A stretch of 58,746 nt of DNA, counting the filler, from Nemertoderma westbladi (lineage: Eukaryota; Animalia; Xenacoelomorpha), in NCBI GenBank assembly GCA_032718475.1. It is 3 parts of 3 records of this genome, joined end to end, with 100 filler letters (N's around TTAATTAATTAA, not from the genome) between each part and the next. Parts side by side here need not be neighbours in the genome. Positions count along the whole stretch, not along the records: positions 32,038 to 50,621 come from JAUCBJ010008253.1; positions 50,722 to 58,746 come from JAUCBJ010005934.1; 1 more part is not named here. One strand, given 5' to 3'. Positions 49,241 to 58,746 of this stretch are shown here, one piece after another; the first letter of the stretch is position 1; each line of letters starts with the position of its first letter. The position numbers and the translations under genes are program-made. The notes under the pieces were generated by a model, which worked only from the letters and a program-made list of their open reading frames with translations, was not told the origin of the DNA and made no database searches.

Positions 49241-50621
49241 TTTATTTACGTTATTTTATTACGTTGTACTGATAATTATTTAAGAATGTGATCATAGATA
49301 AGAACATTGATTGAAATTGGTTTAACATTACCCCAAAGTTGCTATATTTAAATGATAAACTTTAAATTAATTTCTTATGACATGCCGCGCTAGACTGGCT
49401 TCTCCTGTGGTCATATCTTGTGCAGGCTGCCAGACATCATAAGACACATAAATTAGCAGGTTAAACTGTTAAAGGTCTAAAAGTGCGAACAATGATTTAC
49501 TATAATTATAAATTATCTAACAATAATTTAGTTTTCTTCTATTTTTGTTGTTCCGTTGGGACAACAAAAACTACCACACAGGTCGGGTGGTAGCTGTAGG
49601 CTTAGCGGTACCGGACTGGTACCGTATAACAGTATTAATTCGATTGTGATAATTATATACCAGTAGGTGTTAGCAGTTAATTGGGGACTGCAGCCCTGGT
49701 TTCTTATTGAGATTTTACTTATTTCTGTAAGCTTTGTTTACCTGTAAGTGTAGTACAGTATTGAGCAGAAGGTGTGTAATCCTGCTCAGATTGTAGAAGT
49801 ATATAACTCGTAGGCTGAATTGTTGGCCGATTGTCGTTGGGTTTGAGGTGAATTCCAGTTATTTGTCCAATAAAGTGCAGTTAGGAAGTGGAGGCTTCCA
49901 TGTTGTAAGGTAAATCCTCCACATAAGTCGTACCACGTAGTCTGGAATGCGTACTAACTAACCATTTCGGAAACTTCATCTACTGTCTTTATTTTAGATT
50001 TAGCGGTAGTCTGTCGGCATTTTGGTCTGTGTTTTGTTTGAATAATCTGTACGGGTAGCGTAATATTTATTATTCAGAGTTTATGCAAGTAATTTACAAC
50101 ATTCATGTCCCCAAGTTTATTCCTTACAGTAATTCTGCTTGTTATGCATACCGTAATAGTTAAATTAACCCCGATACTACTTCTTCAGTTAATTCAATTA
50201 ATTCAATTCAATTAACCCGGGTACTACAAAATCTTCTAAGGCGAATTTGGCACATAACTACTACTATTAATCGGCCTACTGCATTGAATCTGCACATTTC
50301 GAAACATTTTGTCACCACCATGCAATTCAAAATTGGCAAACCCAATGCAGCGTGCATTAAGAATGCTATGCCGGCTTATCAACATAGTTGCACTACCACA
50401 ATTCCATTTCCCCCATGACAAAAAAACCCTACCAGAAGGCTATGTATCTATATTTCTGGTATCAGAAAACGATCTAACACCCTTTTTATGTTAGAAAATG
50501 AAATAAAACAGAATAAATTTGCAGTTTTGTTGAAATAGTCAACAAAAAACGTGTTTTCTCCAAACTACATTTTTAGACTTAGGACGTTTTACCACCCGCC
50601 CCACGAAATATAGTAATGATG

Positions 50622-50721
50622 NNNNNNNNNNNNNNNNNNNNNNNNNNNNNNNNNNNNNNNNNNNNTTAATTAATTAANNNNNNNNNNNNNNNNNNNNNNN
50701 NNNNNNNNNNNNNNNNNNNNN
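50622..50721. other. Artificial contig spacer (N44-TTAATTAATTAA-N44)
   Basis: Same linker as 31938-32037. Confidence 0.98.
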
Positions 50722-51438
50722 AAGAGGAGGAAAGGCGGAGAACAGGTGAGATACGGGTGATGCAGGCGTATGGAGTACGATATAGCTGGGATTAAACTAT
50801 TAGTTTGTTTACCTTTACTGTAGATTGTCATGATAAATTTCTAACTGAAAGAATGCTTTATGGTTTTTCCCAGATCCAAATTTTGCATAATTGCAAATGC
50901 ACTGAGATATATATCTTATGGGATACTGAATACTCAAGAGATTAGGAGCGGAAAACATTATAGAAGTGAGATATAAAAGATGAATGAAAAATTAAATAAT
51001 TTTTCAACCTTTGCATTATAAGAAATTTCCAGATTCAAAAATTTTCTTGCGAAAAATTTGTTAAAAAGAAAAAGATAGAAAATAGTTATTATTATCACGA
51101 CCCAGAAAGAAGATTGATTTTTACTTGTTTTTTGACAGACTATTCCAGACAAGTAAGTAATGTATTACCCCGCCAGCTCAATAGCTGTTCCCAGTGAAAT
51201 CCTATGGGGATTAGGGCGGTGCGTTTTTTACTTTTTTTCGATTTCATTGTTCTACCGGTGCACAAAAGTTGCCAAATGGTAAAAAAATAAGGAAAAAAAA
51301 TTTCTTTAAATTTCGTCTATATCTTCACGGATCCCAAGAGGGTTGAAATTTTGAGCCATCGCGATGCACCATAATGAAATTTATAGCAATATTACACATT
51401 AATGAAAGATCAATGACTCAAGAAATAACTTTCTGCAG

Positions 51439-52344
51439 GCATCAAATGTCATCAAATGGGTCCAAACTTAGTTAGATACCAAAGTTTTAATTTTTGGATC
51501 AAGGGAACTAGTGCCACAGGCACATGGACAGAACCAACCATTTGGCGCAAGTGATGATAATTCTCAATTTTCGCGATGGCCAACTTTGAATTCTCCTATT
51601 GCTCATTAGAACCGCAATGACCGATTTAGTGGGGGTAGACACCTTCAAAACAAACGTAGAGCGAATAGTTCTGGAGATATCGCACAAAATGTGAAGTCTG
51701 GCACAAGTCTACATTACCGCCTTGACGTGATATGAACAAATCCCCAAAAAAAATTATTTTGAATTACCTCAAGGAATCAAGAATAGACATATCACTGCAA
51801 CAAATTGATTTAGTGTATACAGACACCTTCAAAATTAAAGAGTAGTCATTAATTCACTATAGTTTTTGTACAAAACATGTGGAATGGGTCAACTCAATAC
51901 CAAGTACTGTATTAATTGGTGGATATAGTCTTGACATTTTGTAAAATAACTTAAGAACTAATGACTAATTTTCTGTGATGTGTCTATTCTTGATTCCTTG
52001 AGATAATTCAAAGTATCATTTTTACTGTATTTGTCCATATCACATCAAGGCGGTAATGTAGACTTGTGCCAGACTTCACATTTTCTGCAATATCTCAAGA
52101 ACTATTCGCTCTACGTTTGTTTTGAAGGTGTCTACCCCCACTAAATCGGCCATTGCGGTTCTAATGAGCATATTATTAATGCAATAGGAGAATTCAAAGT
52201 TGGCCATCGCGAAAATTGAGAATTATCATCACTTGCGCCAAAGGGTAGGTTCTGTCCATGTGCCCGTGGCACTAGTTCCCTTGATCCAAAAAAGAAAATT
52301 TTGGTATCTAAATAAGTTTGGACCCATTTGATGACATTTGATGC
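51439..52344. mobile_element. Fold-back/MITE with ~360-bp inverted arms and ~170-bp spacer
   Basis: gcatcaaatgtcatcaaatgggtccaaactta...ggaatcaagaatagaca (51439-~51800) is the reverse complement of ~51972-52344. Confidence 0.85.
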
Positions 52345-53833
52345 ATTTGATCATGTTTAACATGAGCCCAAAGTAACTCTATTTTTTAGTTTAGTAGGCC
52401 CTATTGCTTTCTACTGTATTTTCAAACATGCCAAACAAAGAATGCAACCTGAGAGGCAGGTGGTATATAATTATGTAGTGTCTGTTGCTATGTAAGCTTA
52501 ACCCTATCAGACCCCTGCCTATATGGGGGGGGGGGGGGGGGAGGGGGTGGGAGTCCATATGACCCCCCGTGGATTTTTTGTAATAATTCTGAAACAAACG
52601 CAGTAGGGAATCTGAAATTTTATGACTTTTCATAAAAATATATTGTCTTCCTAATAGTTGAAACGGTTTTCAAAAATATTGGAAAGTTTTCGAGTTATAG
52701 CACCATTTTTTAACCCTGCTTTTGGCACTTTTTTGGGACATTTTTTGAAAATTACATTGCATGAAATGTTTTTTAATATATCTATTTTTGATTTAAACCG
52801 TTTTTTGGGTTTGCAATTAGATGGAATTCATATATATTAATTTAAAAAATTCAAACTTGTTTTTTCGCTGGGTGCCAAATTTTGGTGCCAGCACCTGTCA
52901 ATTTTGAAAATGGATTGTTTGAACCTGTTTTTTACGCAATAGGGTTTTTTGGGGTTCTGGTTTCAATGGAATATATACGAGTTGCACCAGGCGTATCAAA
53001 CTTGTATTTTTCGGTGCTGTCTGCAAAAGTTGGTGCCTTAGCACGAAATTTTGAAAATGGGATAGTTAAATTGCTTGTGACAACTTATTTCTCACGTTTT
53101 GGAGGTTTATGGGGGTTCTGAATTCAATGGAATAAATAATTATCTAACTAGACATCTCAAACTTGTATTTTTCGAAAGTGGGTGCAAAATTTTGTTCAAC
53201 ATTTTCTAGCACCAAATTTTGAAATCCATCAAATATATCATTAAATTGTGTCACCTTGTTTCTTGGGTTATACGGGTTTATGAGGAGGGTCCTGAATCCG
53301 ATGGGATCAATAAAAACAGCAATGCACATCTCTGTCGTTGAGCAGCAAGCGACGCAAGGTAGATTGCGGTGTCCCGCTTTTCAACGCTGTTACAACCCCC
53401 CCCCCCCCCCCCCCCCCCGGCGACCAAGAGTAAGAGAAAAAAGTATTCTTGGGTCCAGAGAGCCTGTAAAAAACGATTTCTCCAGTAGATATATGAGTAC
53501 CGGGAATGCACCGCGGAATTTATCGGTAGAAATATGATTAATGTAGGAACAATTGAATAATGTGTCTCTAAGTGTGTCAGTTTCGTGTATTTTACGTGTC
53601 ATGTTTAATAAGTTCTGGAATTTTTTTTAATTATGTTTCCAATAGATTTTAGAATTTATGTTATTAATTTTATTCATCAAGTCATAGTTCTTTATTTATC
53701 TTTGTTTCCAATACACTCCCCACTCGGCTTTAGCCGCATTGTCTCGGACTCTTTCATGGCTAGCCTTAATCAATATGTAATGGATTGGAGGAGTACTGGT
53801 CAATTATAAAAGTGTGATTTCGGATTTCCATTG

Positions 53834-54678
53834 TCATCCACTTGTACAACCTTGATAATTAATAACGGAGCGAACATGTCCATCTGTACTGTGTTTTACA
53901 TTAACTATGCGGCCAATGGGACAATGGTTCCGTCTAGCATTCTTGTCTCGTAGGATATCAACATCGCCTACTACAAAATCTCGTTTGGTGATGCACCACT
54001 TTGGTCGAGATTGAAGAGTTTGTAGATAAGATTTACGCCACCGTGACCAGAATTGGTCAACCAAATATTGTACCTTCCTCCATCGCCTTTTACCATAGGA
54101 CAATAATTCTGATTCGGGAAAATTCTCTATGGGTATTGTCGAATCTGTTGACTTTAACGTCAGAAGCATTGATGGTGTGAGTGGCAGAGGGTCATTCCGG
54201 TCACTAGATACTTCTTCCATTGGTGTTGAATTGACTATCACTGCGGCTTGTACTAGGAATGTGTGAAGTTCATCTCTTGATAATGTGCGTGGTCCAGTCA
54301 GTAGAAGAGTAGCATCAATAATACATCGGAGTGAACCTATATTCCGCTCCCAGCATCCTCCGAAGTGAGATGCTTTGGGTGGATTGAAACGATATTCAAT
54401 GCCACGTGAATCTAGTTCTGCCTGTGGGGCTTGCCAGTCTATATCTTCTACATCAAGGTTATGAGATCCAGTAAAGTTAGCACCTTGCTCAATGCGTAAA
54501 AGCTTACATTTGTCCACGCTATACATCCGAATAGGGCATTTCTGAAAGCTGAAGTATCCATAGAGGAGATCATTTCAATATGAACAGCACGTGATGCAAG
54601 ACAAGTGAAGAGTAGGGCCCAGACTGGTTGTAGAGTAGTGTGATCATCACAAAGGAACCAATGACCAAAGACATTCAT
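53834..54678 (-). pseudogene. BEL/Pao integrase core and C-terminal (DUF5641-like) remnant, frameshifted
   Basis: WALLFTCLASRAVHIEM..MDTSAF; GANF.G; FNPPKASHFGGCWER; IVNS.P; PLTPSMLL; RWRKVQYLVDQFWSRWRKSYLQTLQSRPKW; VGD..L.D; DGHVRSV. Confidence 0.92.
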
Positions 54679-55024
54679 GGCAGATCTTCAACTCGACTGT
54701 TGAGGAGATTAGTTATCTTCTGGTTGTTCTTAATATTCTTAGCAGTTGACGCCAAGTTATTCAATATATTTGTAATCGATATTTGACTTAGAATTGGTGG
54801 AGCTTGAGGAGATGACCTAAATTTGTGACAGAGTCTCTCGTGTGTTGAATCGTTATAATCAGTTATCATAAGATCAGTATTTCGAGATGGAAGAGGCATT
54901 TCTGTTTTAGGGGCTGAGATGTCATCGAAAAAGCTTTGATCAAGGGGTATATCTTTAACTAACTGTCCTGTCCTGGTAAGTCATTGTCTGGAAATTATGT
55001 CAAGCAGTTCTTTCTGGTATAACA

Positions 55025-55692
55025 TTCTAATGACACCAAGGTATCGTGTGATCGACTTGAATGATTATATTCCAATGACTCCAAGGTATCGTGTGTTCGA
55101 CTTGAAGGATTGTATACCAATGACTCCAAGGTATCGTGTGATCGACTTGAATGATTGTATTCCAATGACTCCAAGGTATCGTGTGTTCGACTTGAAGGAT
55201 TGTATACCAATGACTCCAAGGTATCGTGTGATTGACTTGAATGATTGTATTCCAATGACTCCAAGGTATCGTGTGATCGACTTGAAGGATTGTATTCCAA
55301 TGACTCCAAGGTATCGTGTGATCGACTTGAATGATTGTATTCCAATGACTCCAAGGTATCGTGTGATCGACTTGAAGGATTGTATTCCAATGACTCCAAG
55401 GTCTCGTGTGATCGACTTGAATGATTGTATTCCAATGACTCCAAGGTATCGTGTGATCGACTTGAAGGATTGTATTCCAATGACTCCAAGGTCTCGTGTG
55501 ATCGACTTGAAGGATTGTATTCCAATGACTCCAACGTATCGTGTGATCGACTTGAAGGATTGTATTCCAATGACTCCAAGGTATCGTGTGATCGACATGA
55601 AGGATTATATTCCAATGACTCCAAGGTATCGTGTGATCGACTTCAAGGATTGTATTCCAATGACTCCAAGGTATCGTATGATCGACTTGAAG
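55025..55692. repeat. 36-bp tandem array within the gag region of the deleted BEL element
   Basis: tccaatgactccaaggtatcgtgtgatcgacttgaa[g/t]gattgta x ~18. Confidence 0.95.
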
Positions 55693-56012
55693 GTTTGTCA
55701 AATGTTAGATCAAGAAGTGAATTATTAACTGTAGACTGAGCCAAATTTACGTGATAGTGAGGGATTCTTTAGTTTTTGGATGATGGTTGTGGTTGTTGTT
55801 GATTAGAACAATTTCCAGAAGATATGTTGTTATGTTGGAATGAGGAAGGGCCTTGATTGGGTAGGTTTTGATCTGTAGCAGTCATGTTATAGGGTTGATC
55901 GTTAGGACTCCCCGCTGTAGCTGGAAAAGGGTGAATACTATTGCTGGAAAGGTTGATATTAGCAGCTGTCGAATCCTTAATTGTTTAGGATGGGAAAACG
56001 TGAGCATTTGGA

Positions 56013-56453
56013 TCAATTAAATTTCCAAGGGGATATAGATAGATTAGAATTTGGATTATTTATTTTCAATGGGAGATATGGATGAAAATATGTCCCTTCG
56101 TTGTTTGCTGTTTTGAGACTTTCTGCTTCCAAGTTAAATTTACCGAGATTTCCCTTGAAAAGATTTATGGTTTTAACAATTACATTATAAGCTATAACGG
56201 TTTCTTGATAGTCCTGTAAAATATCACTTAATTCTTTTGATGCCCTTATTTTAGAAAGACGGGAAGTTAAGGCTGAATAACAGTCGTCGAGTTTATGTTT
56301 GGTTATTCGTGCTGAACTTAAAAACTCGTCAGCTTCTTGTAGGGTTTCGAATTCTGAAATGGGGCAGAGTATTTTATGGTCTTTCAGATGAACTAAGGGA
56401 TTTGTTCTGGATCTACATGTCCGATTTATCGGGGTATTTGATGTTATACTCAT
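56013..56453 (-). CDS. Probable N-terminal Gag remnant of the 53333-57408 element
   Basis: First ATG-initiated ORF (146 aa, helical) downstream of the 5' LTR in the element's sense; no diagnostic motif. Confidence 0.4.
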   Translation of the reverse strand: MSITSNTPINRTCRSRTNPLVHLKDHKILCPISEFETLQEADEFLSSARITKHKLDDCYSALTSRLSKIRASKELSDILQDYQETVIAYNVIVKTINLFKGNLGKFNLEAESLKTANNEGTYFHPYLPLKINNPNSNLSISPWKFN

Positions 56454-56924
56454 GGTTATGCGTTAGTCGGTCAGTGTAGTCGGTCTGGTAGTAGTGAAAT
56501 GTAAATTTAATAAATTGCACCAAAAAAAAAAATATATAAATCAACAATGTGAATATAGTTATATTTGGCATTACCATAACATAGTAATACCTTTTCATAT
56601 ACTGTACATATATACCATACATAAAAAAAAAACTACTTTCAAATAAAACTAGCTAAATAGTAAAGATATTCTAGCTAGTATAAAAAAGTTTGAAAGTTAG
56701 TAGCAATAAGTGATTAAAGTTCAACAAGGCTTAAATATAGTGATGTGTTGAATTTATAACATTCTGGAAACTGGAAAATATTCTGTGTAACCTGTTTTCA
56801 TATATAGTTTGAGATCGATGTAACCTGCTTTTATATAATTCTCGTTTCGATGACTGAACTGTACGTGGAAGACACAGCGATCGTCTTTAGGCTATTCAAT
56901 AGTTTTGGTAATTGTGTGGTTGGT

Positions 56925-56937
56925 AAATCGTTTTTAC
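56925..56937 (-). promoter_or_regulatory. Non-tRNA primer-binding site (GTAAAAACGATTT), complementary to LTR 57069-57082
   Basis: 13 bp of pairing with one bulged T to AAATCGTTTTTTAC in the LTR sense strand; no TGG after the LTR. Confidence 0.7.
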
Positions 56938-57198
56938 TGTCGTTGAGCAGCAAGCGACGCGAGGTAGATTGCGGTGTCCCGCCTTTCAACGCTGTTACAA
57001 ACCCCCCCCCCCCCCCCCCCCGGCGACCAAGAGTAAGAGAAAAAAGTATTCTTGGGTCCATAGAGCCTGTAAAAAACGATTTCTCCAGTAGATATATGAG
57101 TATCGGGTATGCACCGCGGAAATTATCGGTAGAAATATGATTAATGTAGGAACAATTGAATAATGTGTCTCTAAGTGTGTCAGTTTCGTGTATTTTAC

Positions 57199-57282
57199 CA
57201 AGGACTTCTAGAACATAGTATATATTCTATATATTCTATTACTAGTATACATAGAATATATACTATGTTCTAGAAGTCCTTG
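57199..57282. mobile_element. 84-bp MITE (32-bp TIRs, 7-bp TSD ATTTTAC), P-superfamily-like termini, inserted in the 5' LTR
   Basis: caaggacttctagaacatagtatatattctat / atagaatatatactatgttctagaagtccttg; absent from the sister LTR, which shows the empty site gtgtattttacgtgtc. Confidence 0.9.
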
Positions 57283-58746
57283 ATTTTACGTGTCATGTTT
57301 AATAAGTTCTGGCACTTTTTTTAATTATGTTTTAAAGAGATTTAGAATTAATGTTATTAATTTTATTCATCAAGTCATAGTTCTTTATTTATCTTTGTTT
57401 CCAATACAATCTCAAACTTGTACTTTTTGGTGATGGGTACAAAATTTGCCATATTACGTCAAAGTCACCACACCAGTCCACAAATTTTCGAAATTTTTCT
57501 TTTTTGATCGGATTCAGACAAGTGAATCAGACATTTTCTTTAAAATTTGTCGATTTCAGAGGGGGGGGGGGGGGGGGGGTCATTTCAACCCCTCCCCCCC
57601 CCCCCCCATTTATTTGTATAACAATTTATAGGCCGGTAATAATAGGGTTAAGCGTTCCACTACATGATGTTACCATCATAGACATTGTTGAAATGAAATT
57701 CGTTTAATTACGTTTCTGATAATTATTAATGAAAAACACGTTTTGGATACATTTGAGACGTAATTATTGCAATTCTGAGAAATAAAATCTTCTAAACCCA
57801 TTATTTTTGAAACAAGTGCAGATCTCATGTCTGGGATGGGTCTCCCTTTAGAGGAAATGTCGAATCTACTGAATTCAAGTACGTCAATGCTCAATCGTGA
57901 TACTGTTAATAATAAATGATCTGTTTGAAATATAGGCCGCAAATGTCGCCATATAGTAATTATTTTATGGATTAGGATGTAAGCGGCACACACGGATCTA
58001 ACACGATTGTCCTAGAGTATCTCAATACTGTAATACTAAGTTACGGAGAATTACTTAGCTTTACTCGCCTCAGAAATGTCAGCTTGGTTCCCATACGGCG
58101 GTATCTTCTTCCAATATAACAAACCAATATCAACACCAATACCATAAATTAAACCACATTGAATTATTAATTATTATAGACTTAAATTCGATATATACTT
58201 GAGTCCGGTTTTATATCCCGTCAAAATAATTGAACCGGGGTCTTTCACGCAAACCATGGATGGCACGGATATAATAATCAAGTGAAAATTCAATAGTGAA
58301 TCACATCTTATACCAGATAACAGGGCCCTAAATTCCGGCCTTCCGATTGGCCAAGCGAATACAATAGCCTGGACTAAGTCCAAAGGCAGTAAGCGAGAAT
58401 GAAATGTAAGCGGATTCAATTCCTACATTACCCACCGAAAAAAATGGGACCAGTGTGTATTTTACCAATATAGTTGGCGATGTGAGATTACAATAATAAT
58501 CTCACCTCATAACACATGGGGGGGGGGGGGGATACACGCTGTAAGAGCGGTGAGAGGTCAAACCACCTCAGAGGGAGAACCAGCTAGTGAGGCTAGCACC
58601 AGGGGGAAACACCAACAGGTAGTGGCGAAGTGACAATTAGTATATAAGCCAATAGCAGGCAGGGATCACGTTGGGGACGACAAGAGCGCATCCATAGGTA
58701 TTAGAGGCCGCCAGTAGTGTAGGGCTAAAACCAATATGTGTCAATG

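Larger units (their letters stand above)
53333..57408 (-). mobile_element. Internally deleted BEL/Pao LTR retrotransposon (4.1 kb)
   Basis: LTRs TG...CA at 53333-53715 and 56938-57408; TSD ATCTC (53328-53332, 57409-57413); PPT GAGTGGGGAG (53716-53725); integrase remnant. Confidence 0.92.
52502..57647. mobile_element. TTAA-flanked non-autonomous DNA element (piggyBac-like CCCT...AGGG ends) interrupted by the LTR element
   Basis: ttaa|CCCTAT..gcctata at the left and tataggc..ATAGGG|ttaa at the right; no transposase. Confidence 0.5.

Noticed and set aside
57676-58419. Possible decayed LINE RT C-terminus (VKDPGSII resembles VKDLGVI)
   Set aside because: Only one weak motif with many stops; insufficient evidence

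Overview
Repeat-rich invertebrate (metazoan) genomic DNA in three blocks joined by artificial 100-bp N spacers containing TTAATTAATTAA (31938-32037, 50622-50721), so adjacency across these joins is not guaranteed. Host genes: a two-exon MED25 (24716-28097, +), a long exon of a TMC-family channel (46465-48091, +) and a dead type II membrane fibrinogen-domain (FReD) gene (-). Part of the FReD last exon was amplified into a 74-bp minisatellite and then hit by an LTR element. The standout is an 11.8-kb BEL/Pao-type LTR element (6460-18279, -, TSD GCCGT). It has Gag and protease but no RT, RNase H or integrase, and instead carries an intact 849-aa ORF with a DEDDy-like 3'-5' exonuclease domain plus three CCHC knuckles. 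This element and a second, dissimilar BEL/Pao element (53333-57408, -, TSD ATCTC) both lack a tRNA primer-binding site; in both, the bases next to the 5' LTR are complementary to a site inside their own LTR, the geometry of Tf1-type self-priming. Also present: a hammerhead ribozyme inside a tRNA-like Pol III cassette (37332-37432), an RT-deleted Penelope-like element, a third probable LTR element at the left edge, several fold-back/MITE elements and large satellite arrays. All calls come from reading the sequence by eye; no database searches were run.
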